Assembly (NCBI GenBank): GCA_013115125.1
Contig: JABANN010000096.1
Span: 1-64,000, forward strand
Source of the DNA: Perkinsus olseni
Taxonomy: Eukaryota
Length of the DNA: 64,000 bases
Direction: 5' to 3'
In this document: positions 25,861 to 37,778 of the stretch, piece after piece
How positions within the stretch are numbered: position 1 is the first letter of the stretch
Layout of the letters: the number at the start of each line of letters is the position of its first letter
Notes under the pieces: model-generated
Databases searched by the model: none
Seen by the model: the letters and a program-made list of their open reading frames with translations, nothing else
Told to the model about the DNA's origin: nothing
Program-made: the position numbers and the translations under genes

Positions 25861-26815
25861 GCAGTTTGACCCTCACCTGTGAACGGCAGGAGCTCCGCTT
25901 CTTTGTGGGCTGTCAGACTTTGTCTGAAACCAAAAATTGCATTGAGCCAAGATGGCTGCGGACGGACTAATACCAACCTTATCGATACTGAGCGCACAGC
26001 GTCCAACCAGTGTTACCAAAGCTCTTAAGAGTGCACGCACGTACACTGGCGGATACACAGCATTGCGGCATTCCTGTAACAAATTTCGGCTAAGCCTGGG
26101 GCGATAACCTGTCATTATATATAACATATCCAAGGAACAACTTAGCAGTAACCACTTCATCCGGGTCGTGAAGTTGCTTAGGGATGAGCTGCCATCGATT
26201 GGAATCCACTCCAAAAGTTGCTCATGACCGTCCTCTGTGGGACGCTGCATACCTGATGAGATAATTGACGCCAACTCAGCGTTCTCAGGTTGCGAATTCC
26301 CATCACGACGTTGTTGTGTGATCTGAGCCGCCAAGTGAGTATCCCCGAAGCCAAAAGGCCGCCGGTAGCAACATCATCATGGTCGTCCATCGCTCGCCGT
26401 TTCGTTCTCGGGAATGTAAACCTTTTTGCAAGGAATTAATTTGCATTGTAGTTTTTTTCTCTTACGCGGTTTTTACTGTGGTTTTTCATTCTAAGTTTTT
26501 TTGAACTCAGTATGCGTAGAGAAATAAAATATTCTAAGTAAGTATTTTACTTGTGAAACGCGGCACAAGAAGACTGGGGTATGCTTACTGAGAGAGAGCT
26601 GATAAAGTCGAGGGAGTCGAAATTAATGACGGGTCGCCTGTTCGAAGCTAGTAATGACCGCACAGTTCAATTCTGTTGTGTATGCTTGTTCGGCATCCGT
26701 TACTCTCTATGCGTTGATCGTCTTGTGCATGCGTGCATGGCTTATTCCCCGCTAGAGAGTAAGCTTAGAAGCAGAAAGTAGAAGACTTTACCATCCTTCT
26801 CGCCGTGCGTTGACT

Positions 26816-27925
26816 ATGAACAACAACGGAGACGCACCAACATCTCATCGGATGGACGTGAGCGAGTGGTCTCAGGGTGAGGAGGAAGTGGCAGCGACAT
26901 GCGCCGCCCTGGATTTGCTTCTTGAGAAGCAGGCCGAGCTCGAAGCTACGCTCGGCGTATCATCGGAGGAAATAGACGCTGTAATACGTGAGTCTTGATC
27001 TATAGGCATGGCACTGGTCACGGTGGCAGATCGAAAGGCTTTATGATATGTGTGAGCAAGGGCGAGCGTTGGGGGCTGAGGTGATGGCTGTGGCGAAGGG
27101 CCTACGGGACCTGCGGGTGAGGAGTGCTGCTTCTCTGCTGCCGCTCATCGCTGGCGCGGAACGAGATCTCATCTCGTAGCGTCCTCTCATTTCGTCAGGA
27201 CCTCCCGAATCCCAGTGTCGCGTAGTATTAACAGAAATGTACCCAGCGGAATTTCGTAGACACCTGCGAAGTAGAAGAGAATTCTTCTGAGGTTTTCGGG
27301 AGGAATCAGACGCGCACGCGTGTACAATCAGGGACCGTCGCACAATGAGCGGCAGACGACAACGAGTGCAAAGTCTTTTCTTCTAAGCTCGCTCTCTAGG
27401 GTAGAATCGGATGTGCACGCGTGCGCAGGAAGGGAACGGCGCATAGTTAGCAGCGTAACTTGGCGTGCTTTGTTATTACATCAGGGCGGACGTCAGCTTT
27501 GTTCGGCGTATCTTGAGCTCGAGCTTGCATTTCTCATAAAAGGTCGACGTGTAGTATCTTTTTCTCTGCCTTCTGCATGCTTAGAGCTACGAAGAACAGG
27601 CCGAGTTCTATTCAACAGCTCTCGATGATGTTGAAGCGCTACAGCGGGAGATGGCAGCGGCTGTGGAAAGTCTTCGTCAACAACCACCGATCCGCACATT
27701 CCAGAAATAACTGCATGAAGAATAACGAGTTTCTTTCGTCTTCACGGCCTTTGCCATCAGTGATCTTAATCATGGCGGGAAGAGTATCGAAGCTCATCTT
27801 GCAATCTTGCTTTTTCTCAATTTTCTTAAGTGGCTACAAGCATTAATTCAGTAGTATACACCCTTCGTTAGCAGTCCAGCGTAGCTCGGCTTCTACGAGT
27901 TCTTCTTCTCAACACCCCACATTAG
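26816..27925 (+). CDS. Hypothetical small coiled-coil protein, multi-exon
   Basis: MNNNGDAP...LDLLLEKQAELEATLGVSSEEIDAVI|IERLYDMCEQGRALGAEVMAVAKGLRDLR|...|SYEEQAEFYSTALDDVEALQREMAA, with plausible splice sites. Confidence 0.5.
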
Positions 27926-28363
27926 CTGCAACAGAGGACAATTCGCAGCACGCCCTTGCACGCATGCACACGATCATCCTCTGAAGAGTCGGCGGGAGCT
28001 TCTCAAGCTCGTTGTCGAGTGGAACTACGGGCAAGAAGTGATCGCCGCGTTGCACCTCTTGCCAGGATTTCCCAAAGGAGTGGTATGCGATATCTCTCTC
28101 TAATATGTATGTCCGAGATGAATCGCATGCAGCTACGTGACTAATAATTTCTGTGATACAGATCTTGTATATCACCATGCGTCGTCCCATAACTCCTAAA
28201 CTGTGGCACAGACTTCCGATGGAGCATTTCTGTGAGTCCGTCATGTGCCCTCTCTGTACTAGCACGTGGGGTTGGGTTTCTCCAATACTAATGGGAAGCC
28301 CTCAGGGTTAGATTCCCAGTAATACCGTCATGATCAGATTTTAGTACCTTCCTCCGTCCCCAA

Positions 28364-31300
28364 ATGCCGCGCCAGGCGGGTCCTCCCTACACTGACTGGC
28401 TCATCTTAGTGAGTCCCTCATCAACATCTTGAATAACTTCCCTTGTCTGCTCAGGTAGCGACCCTATCTTCTGTATTGGGAGCTGGCACCGGGTGGGTGG
28501 GAGCTTGCAATATTCCACAGTTTCGACCGGCTGGGTTCGCTCGGAATCAACTCTGGGCTTCAGCTGAGGGGAAAAATTTATCGTTGGTTGAGTTCGTCAT
28601 CGGGTGGTACGCAAAATCGATAGATTTTATTTTTGAGAAAAGTGAGGGACGAGTCCTCCGTGGATGGAATGAACTAGTGACATCAGTCGTCGAATCTTTG
28701 TACACTCTCGACCTCTATGGGAGAGGTCGGGATGTGACATTGGAATCTTTTCGGTCAGGTCTTGTGATGGTCTACCGCCTCAGCCGAGGTTGAAGATATG
28801 GCCAGCACCCAAACTCATAGAGATGAGGGATGAAGTTCCTCAGTTTCAGCGTGAGTCACTTGTACCATAGCCGCCGCGAATTGCTCAAAAAAATTTTGAG
28901 GGTAGAAAATGAAGATTTTTCGTGTGGTCGAACAATTTTTTTCGGAATTATGAGAAATTTTCTCATCTGGTGGAATCGAAGGAACTGGTCCTGTCTGGTG
29001 AATATCCGTGGAGAATTTCCCGCTGAACGTGTAGCTATTGGAGACCGACTGATTGAGAACAAAGATGGGTTTTATCTGCTGTCTTCCTTGTCATTTGCGA
29101 CTTACCTTTAATGTAGCTTCTTTTCCGAGCAAGATAGGACCAGGGAAATATGCTCAAAAAGAGGACTTCGGAATCTGTGAATGACTTAGTAGACTGGCTG
29201 ATTGAGAACACGGGAGCCGAGTTTTTGCCGTCTGAAAACTAATCTTTGTCTTCGCATCATCAACGATTCAACGTAGCTTCTTATCCGAGCAAGACAGAAT
29301 CAGCGATATAAAAATCACAGCGGAATTTCACCCTCAATGCGTGAAGTGCAGAACACGAAAATTGTGCCCTTTCAAACCACGGGTGGAGAGTGTGGAACAC
29401 TTTGGGCGGAGCCGTTCCGGTGCTTCGTTTGGCGGTACACTGTGAGCGGAGCGAAGCTCAATCGGCGATATGAACTCAACAGCGGCGACGGAACAGTATC
29501 ACTACGGAATGCGACGATGTTATCTCGTTCAGTGCCCTTGGTGGGAGCGCAAAGAACGATTTGCAAGGATGCGGAGTATACGGCTTTGTTGATGGAAACC
29601 TTCATTGGCGGTGATAGTAAGTTGGGCGATTTGTGGTATGAGAAAGTTCATTTTTGATTTCAGAGGGGATGCCAGTCCCCACTATTGCGTGTGATAATGA
29701 TTTTCCGTTCGTGGCGACTGTGCCGGGAAGCTACGAAGTGTTGTGTCGGAATTTGACCTGCATCATCAGATTCCAAGACAGAGCGGGCCTAGTGTATGCT
29801 TACGGGACTCTGGTAGGTCGGTGCCTCTGTTCTGATATTTCTGGCCGTGCGGGAAAATCCTAAAATTTTTTCCGGGTAAAATTCGGATGCTGAACGACAT
29901 GAGAGTATGCGTTCTGTATTGTTGTGGTCATTGTCATACCAAAAACTTTTTTGGAAAAAATAACTTACATCCTCTCTATTGGATAAAAAATTGGAAAAAA
30001 GTTTTTTTTCCTGAATTCATTGGACTCACCGTCGCGTTGAACGGCAGCCACGGAGTATCCAGAACACGACCATGCCCATCCAAAAGTGGGGTTTTTTCCG
30101 ATGTCGTAAACGTTTTCGGATGCCCTCGACCGGAGCCCCAGGGAGCGTCACTCGAATGGATGATTCGTAGAATTCTGAGTAAGTATACGCCGGAACCTCG
30201 CACTTGCGCGCTGTCGACATGGCACAATGGAGCTGTGCTCATACTAGCTTCGCATTATCAACTCACATCCTCTCGACTACTCCACTTTCTATCTGCGCTA
30301 TCTCGTTCGCTATGAGCCCAATCTACTTATGTTGTCTTTTGTAGCAACACCTAGTGCAGCGAGATAGTGCACGCTTGTGTAGTGGAAGGAGCATTTTTGT
30401 GTCATTCTTCGCGCCGAGTCTGGACGAGGTTGGAAATTTTTACACCGGCAGTGCTGTTAATTATAATGATTTGTGGTGATCAGGGCCAAGTACATCGCAA
30501 CCACGAGAATTCAACACATATATTTGAGAAAGATCTGAGAATAGCCGACTACCCCTCCTTCCCACATCGAGGGTTACTCATTGATACTGGCAAGAGGTAT
30601 CTTTCCTTGCAAGATATTAAACAGACTGTGAAGCTGATGGCCTCCGTGAAGGTGAGTGATGACGATATTACACTTAGGGATTCTTGAGACTGATGTTTCT
30701 GCGCGATTATCGTACTTATGGATTCTCGTAGTCGCGTATGTCACTTACTATTTCTATCAATAGCGATAGTGTCTATCATAGTGTCGTGATAGTGTCGATG
30801 GTGATTATATGATAATCACTGTGATCATGACGCTTCTCACATTTTGATACGTTTATTCGTGTACTCTCAAGTATGAGCATTTCCAAAGTCTAATGCGTCG
30901 ATGTTCTAATACTAAGCACTCTGAAACTTATGGCCTCCGTGATGATGAGTGATGATATCATGGCCGGTGGTTGGCAAGGCGAACTCTCCCTCCTTGTGAG
31001 CACAGTTTGGTAAGAAAATTGTTCATAGCTGATCTCATCCATTCAAAGTTTTACTATTGGAGCAAGAACGGACTCCTTAGACGATGAATCTGTAGGGCTT
31101 TTGGATGATATGAGTTTTCCCACAGCAACATCGGGCGTGGTTTTCAGCCACGCGTAAATGAATTCTCGCAATGGTTCCGAACATTCTCTCCCTCTCGCCC
31201 CATCGCTGTCAGTTTGATGATGACGATTTTTACACTAGCCCCTTTACTGTGAGTTAGATGGTCATTTTTGCATGCCTCTTCATTTCTTGTTCCACACATT

Positions 31301-34300
31301 TGAACCTGCTCATCATCATCCTTGCTTCTTGAAGTGGTACGATGGGGCATGGCGATGCTACTACTCATCAGTCGATCATGCCCTCATTATACAGGTGGTG
31401 ACGCTGGCGAGCTAGGCCGTGCTCCCAATAGTTTTCCAGTAGTGCCGTCTCGGTAGCCTTCTCCGAGTTACGATGCCATGTAGCTGTTTCCGGATTATGA
31501 TGATTCTTGTGATTGTATATTATATAATTTTTGCGTACCACTCCTTTCAGAAAAAAAGGTTGAATAAATCGTCACTCTTCTTGTGCTGACCAGATGAACG
31601 TCCTCCATTGGCACCTGACAGACGACGTTAGTTTTTCGCCCAATGTGAAGCAGTTCCCCCGACTGCAGAAAGGAAATCCGAGCCCTTTTAGGTGACAAGG
31701 TCGATGCTTGACAGAAACGGAAAGAAAGATATCTCTGTCAGATACTCCGCCGAGGATATCTCAGAGGTTATTCAGTACGCTGACCAGTACGCTATTGTTG
31801 TTATTCCTGAAATTGATGTGCCGGGGCGCACTCAGAGTTGGATACGCGGGTGAGGGTGTCGCTGGAGGCTGAAATCATGATTTTTATTTTCTTTTTCCCT
31901 CTTTCTATATTTTCCTTATTTTTTCTCTTTTTTTCTCCCTTTTTTCTCCCTTTTTTCTCTTGTTTCCTCGCTTTTCTGAGTAGATAATCTTGGCTGAATC
32001 GATAACCCGTTTCGAATGAAGTATTGTTGTTTGAAACGGTTTCTGAGTCTGATCATTGAGATAGCCATTTGGCGGTGCAAGAAACTTGAATGAATGAGAA
32101 TCTTTACTCCCCGTGTTCAACGCGGATCAACCTCCGTTCAATACCACTCCATCACTATCTCTCAGGTATCCCTTTCTCAAAGGCCACGCTGCCTACTACA
32201 TGGATCCCACCAGTCGGATGACGAGGGACATGGTGGTCGGGGTTGTCATGAGGGTTGCGGACATGTTCGCCGAGTCGCGCCCAGGTGAGCTGGTCACCTC
32301 AGGCAGCACGTCATTGCTGTGGCTGAGTTGATCTGCAAGTGGTATCTTTGGAATATTCAACGTGCGTTTTCTTGAGTGAACGTAATGCGCCGAATGAAAA
32401 TGACACCCGTGGGATTCTGCCAGAATTTGTCCCAGTGTTTGCGATGCTTTTTCCCTATGTTCTGTAGTCAATTATCATAATAGAATTTCGGGCTTTCATG
32501 AGATAAGATTCCGTAATGGTGTAAGTGCAGGAGTTATTGCGCCGACCATCCCTCCTCATCCGGCACGAGTGCTGTGGACGGCAGTCTGTCTCACGGTCGC
32601 TCGGTCACCATTTGTTGTCGCTTTCACCAACGTCGGCGAGGGGATTCACAAAATAGAAAATAAATTAAGTAAATCAAAAAGGAATTGCGAGCTTTCATGA
32701 GAGAAGATCAGGATGGCTTGAGGTGATAACTACCAGCTTTCGTTCAGGAAAAAACTGGAAAAATTCTATTTAACCCGGCCTAATTTTCATTAGCCCCGTC
32801 ACACTGTCGGAGTGAGGGGAAGGCGTTGTTGGCTGATGAGGGTCTCCCTCTGCTCCCCTCGAGTGTGCTGTTCAGATACAAGGCTGCTGCATCTCGGGGG
32901 CAGCTCTGTGGACAAGGCTTGGGATACGAAGGCCCTTGAGGATTGGACGAGAAAATACGGGTAGGTGGGAGTGACTGCTGATAACGCGACCCGTGTATGA
33001 GCACATGGCGTTGTGAGACTGGATAGTGAGTGACTGGGTGAAGGGGTGTGGCTCGCTCTTGCATAATTGCATGGAACATGAGGTGCACAGGTTCGAATCC
33101 CACGGGTGTCACTTTTACGTCCAGTTATCGTTGAGTGAGAGTATACGCTTTGTCCGCTCCGTAATGGGTTGAAGTTATTGCTCCTTGTTTCTTCCAAACT
33201 TTAACGTGGCTGTGGCTTCCGCGCGTTCGTGTGCGGTCGTTGGGCGAAGTTTTTCTCGACGTCTCGCGAGTCGCGAGGCCTGCGTCAATCCGAAATGGCA
33301 GGATTGGTGTATTCTTCCATGAGGGTGCGATCAGTTGTTAGACTTCCGTCCTGGCAACGTGACGCGTGCTGCGTTATGAGCTTCAGGGCAATGTAGTGGC
33401 TGAGATTGGGAGATTCCTCGCACGTCATCCACCCCCCGCCGCTTAGAGGACCTGCGTTCGGCTAATTACGGGGTTTTCTTGCGTGTAGAAGGGAGTTTCC
33501 TGACGTTCGTTGTTATGATGATCAGTAAATTCCATAATAAGACGGACCTCATCAACGCGTGGTTACGTAGTGTCGTGGCGAGGGTGAAGAGACATACGGG
33601 TAGTACAGGGAGAAGTAAAGCGCTCGGGGGGTGTTTGTGCTGATTTTCGGTGGGAATGTGGTATGCGCTCGGTTGTGTGTAGTCTTATAGTGTAGTGAAA
33701 TGGGCGGCGATACTGATACCGTATTTCCACCAAATCCTGTTGCTAGATGCTGAGATCATGATGTGGGACGACTTCTTGCTTGAGGGAGCCGCTGTCCTCA
33801 CGCCGGTCAATACCTGGCAGATTCTCAATCACAATATGGAGGAAACTTTGAAGGTACGTTTGGTGTGGTAGGATTAATATTGTTGTCGGAATTAAGAGAT
33901 TACCGCTGACAGCGTTCATCATTGGAAATCGGCCATTTCGTGCGCGGCATCCGCGGTCTCTCGTGGGGTGGTTGACTAGGAGGGTTCACGCTGTCGGTCG
34001 TGGATCATTCCTCATCATCGTTGTTTCTTTGCTCGTGTTTTTGTCATTGATGCTAACTTGATCCGCTGGAGTCTCCGTAAAATACAGATTTTTTCTTTCT
34101 CAATTTTGGTATTTTCAAGTAATTTTCCCTGACATTCAACTCGTTAAGAAGGAGAAAAATCACGATGAGAGCATCGGAACAGCGCGCGATGTGGAATGGA
34201 GAGGGGGGGACCGTTTCGGGTGAAGCTGCTTTGTATGACTTTACTGTTCTGAAAACCCGAAAGTGTTTCCCTGATCTTCCGACCAGCCCGGATGGAATTG

Positions 34301-37034
34301 AGTATCTTATATTGCAGCTCGCATCAAGCGGAAGATTCAAGAGCCTCGTCTACAGCACGGATTTCGTCCTTTCCGATTTGGGGACTGGATATGGGAAGTA
34401 GGAAAGTTGTGGTACTGTGCGATTTCATGGCGTTTTCTCAGTGACTGGGCGAAGTTCTATGACGTTAAGTTTATGGGCGATAGGGGAGGGGTTATCAAGG
34501 GGGGAGAGGCAGTCGTTTGGGGTAGGCTGAAAGTCCTTGAACTGGGCGAGGGACGTTGTCAGCTTTGTCAAGAACTGCAACTGTGGTGTCATCACTAAGA
34601 CCCTAATTAGTGATAGAAGCTTTAACGTTTCAGTCAAACAACACAGTTGAGGTACCTGTCCCCTGAACTGAATAGGGTAAATACATTGCACGAAATGCAC
34701 GAAAATGCGTTTCGCCGTTTCCCCTCGTACGGAACGATCCAGACAGAAACCAATATGTATTCTGAATCTCCGAATTCTGTTGCATACCACATATGAAAAC
34801 CTACCCGCCGGAGTTTTTCCCACTATTGTGTACAGATTTGACACCCGTGAAGTGGATTGAAGGGAGCTTGTCAACTCTTGGCGAACTGTAACCGTGGCGC
34901 CATGAGTGGAATTCAACGTTAGTGATAGGAGACATAACGCTTTCGCTCGAACACGGTGAAGGGGACGGAGGGGTTGGTGGGAGCCTTAGTAATAGAGCAC
35001 ATCAGTTTCCTGTCTTCTGCTTCTTTTCAATTTTTCTCTTGTTTCCCGCGTTTCGTCACGTTCTCTTGTTTCTGTGCTTTCCCGGAAAGTCGAGGTACGT
35101 GATTTGTAAATTTTTTACGCGAACTCCAACCGTGGTGTCGTTAACCAAATCCGCCACGGGAGACTGATAGACGCCTACATGAAATTAAGATCTTATTTAT
35201 TATAACTAGCTGGACTACTTACATTACTTATTCTCATGAACACTATGTGGAACTGTATGGAACTCGTCCTTAGCGCTGAGACAGGTGGATTTTGTGTCAA
35301 CAGAATGACACACACATAAAGCTGCCAGTCAAATTCAGGGTTGAATTTTTCCCACGCGAACGTTACATCTTGCCAGGTGATAAGGTTGATTCGAGTATCC
35401 TTCTGCCGAGGGTTTGGCCACCGGCAGCAGCTGTAGCGGAGCGCCTTTGGTGCGCAGATGGAGCGATTTGTCCGTCAGATCATACCTGGGCGGTTAACAG
35501 GCTCGCTAGGTGAGAAGTTTTATGCTACTTTTACATGGACAATCGATTACTCGGTATGCTAATCGGTGGGGCGGAGGCGAAAGTGAGATGGTTGAGCACC
35601 CTTTACTGTCGAGACACAGGTTTTTAAAAGTCAGTTCTCAGCGCGAGCAGTTGGTATCTTCGCGCTCTGCTTTTGCCTATGGCCGACCTGTATAATGCGA
35701 TCAGTGATATTGAATATAGTGTGTGTGAAACGAGTAAATGATGATAATTAACATGAAATTACCTCCACTCGACGCACGTGCAGAGGTGTTGCAGTAGGTG
35801 TTGTTGTAGAACACTACACAAGTAGATTGGGCTTATAGCGAACGAGATAGAGCAGATAGAAAGTGGAGTAGTTGAGAGGATGGAGTGCTAATGCGAAGCT
35901 AGTATGAGCACAGCTCGATTGTGTTATTGAGACAGTGCACATGATGTGATTCTCTCTTTTGGGGATCCAAGATAGTATCTTCATTTCCGCAAAATCCCTT
36001 GATCAACCTCGAGCGGTGATGATGATGATGATGATATTCATGTGTTTCAGATGGCGGTGTTACGCTACGCGATGGTTGCTAGGCTTCAAGGAACCAGGAG
36101 ATATTTATCCCATTGGCAATGCTAAGGACTGCTCGAGTGCCGGACGATTCTTCTGGTAAGGGAATTGAATTCCATCGTAGAGGGTGTGCATTTTGAGGAG
36201 GTACAGTACGTTGAGCTCACTAATGTTTTCTTTCGTCATGGACTGCAGCTGTCCCGTAGGATTTTACCGGTGAGAAAATTGGATTCCATTGTAGACGGGC
36301 ATGCAATCTGTCCCACCGAAAATTTCCGCATTGAGAAGTTTCCGCTAGAACGGTACACAGGACGAGTTTAGAGATGAAACTAAGTGTTACGGAATATTCA
36401 ACCGAAGACCCCCAGCTCAACCGTCTGAGATCATTGCTGCCCTGCCAGTCCAGAAACCTATTTTTGAAGACTCCGCTATGCGGTTGCTTCATAGAGAGAT
36501 AACGCTGTTGCAGTAACACCACACCGAACATGTTAGCGTATCCCGTACATCGGAGGTCTTAGAAAACGGTTCCCGGGTTGGCAGGGAAGTAGTGAGCCGC
36601 GACGGTGGGTGGGCCTGGGGGGCACCATCAGGTGCGGAGCATCGTGACTATTTCGGAATGCTAAGTTTCATTGTTGAACTCGTGCAATGTTTTGGCGCAA
36701 ATTTCCCGATGCGGAAACTTTCAGTGGGACAGACTGTATCAGAGGAAAATAGCTGCCCAGCCTTCTATCGTGGGGATTACCGACCTATAGCACCGCCGAT
36801 CATGTTATCACCCGACTTTAATGATACCGATGCATGATAGATGAACAATCGATCTTCACTCTCATTGACGATACACCTTTCGGAGTGCACTCTGTACTCG
36901 GACCGCACCAGGGCACTTTATCAAGTCTTCGCAGCAGCCGTCATTATTCTCCTCTTAGGGACGATCCTTACCCTGACCAGTGGTGGTGTCCGGAATGGGA
37001 TAAGCCTTCCCCGGGCGTGGACGTTTGCAGCTGA
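28364..37034 (+). CDS. GH20 beta-N-acetylhexosaminidase paralog A, predicted catalytically inactive
   Basis: Exons LPPQPRLKIWPAP, IADYPSFPHRGLLIDTGKRY, MNVLHWHLTDD, VIPEIDVPGRTQSW, LLHLGGSSVDKAW (32876-32960), IMMWDDF, VIKGGEAVVWG|DKVD...RVWPPAAAVAERLW, DQWWCPEW...stop 37034. Exon structure parallels paralog B. Confidence 0.9.
30206..30360 (-). repeat. ~155-bp dispersed repeat, copy 1 (inverted)
   Basis: Reverse complement matches 35790-35941 and 48597-48749 (core ATGCGAAGCTAGTATGAGCACAGCTC, AAGTAGATTGGGCT). Confidence 0.85.
35790..35941 (+). repeat. ~155-bp dispersed repeat, copy 2
   Basis: Aligns by eye with 48597-48749 over its whole length. Confidence 0.9.
36308..36732. mobile_element. 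Degenerate inverted-repeat (MITE-like) element in an intron
   Basis: TCTGTCCCACCGAAAATTTCCGCATTGAGAAGTTT (from 36308) imperfectly matches the reverse complement of AAATTTCCCGATGCGGAAACTTTCAGTGGGACAGA (ending 36733). Confidence 0.5.
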
Positions 37035-37778
37035 TGAACTTCTCCTAGGCGTGACCTTCTGCTTTCAAATATTTTATCATCTTTCCGATCTTTTTTGATC
37101 CGGCCGTGTACATTTTTGCTTCATGCTCTTCATCATCGGTCATCGGCTTCCTCTAACGATTATGTGTGTTGCTTGGGGTGAGGGGAGCGAAGTCTGCAAG
37201 GACCTCCCGGCAAAGATATTTCTCAGGAATTTCCGGTTTCCTTCACTGCTTTTCCAGAAATCGCCGGTCTTTTTAACTATTCTCTCTTGCTTCACTTTTT
37301 TTCGGTTGGATCCAAATCCCGGTCTGCCATGTCCGCCCTCGCTCAGCATTGGGAGGAGAGAGGGCGGTTCGCGAATCGAATAGTCGGGGAGAAGAGGCAC
37401 TCTTGCCCGTTGCACGCAACCACACCAATGTCTCCTTAAGCGCATTAGCCAGTTAGCTTTGCCTCGATGTTACAGGTCATGTATTGCATGATTTGAGTGT
37501 GCGTCACACGCGGTTCAGTGGTATCTGGAATCTTACGGGGATCTATTGTAACTATGTGGCATCTTGATTATTCTCGTTGCGCATTTGTGACTCTTAGTAT
37601 TACTAACTAGTAACGGACTGTTGGTGTCAGATCCAGGAATCCTGGATCTGACGGTCAGTCCTGGACCAGGATCTGTTAGGATGCAAAAAGTGAGCTAATT
37701 TGCGATTTTGTTTTGCCCATGCGATGGTGAAAGGGGAAATTATGTTCTCACCTATTTTGTGCTTCTTCCCCATTATCA

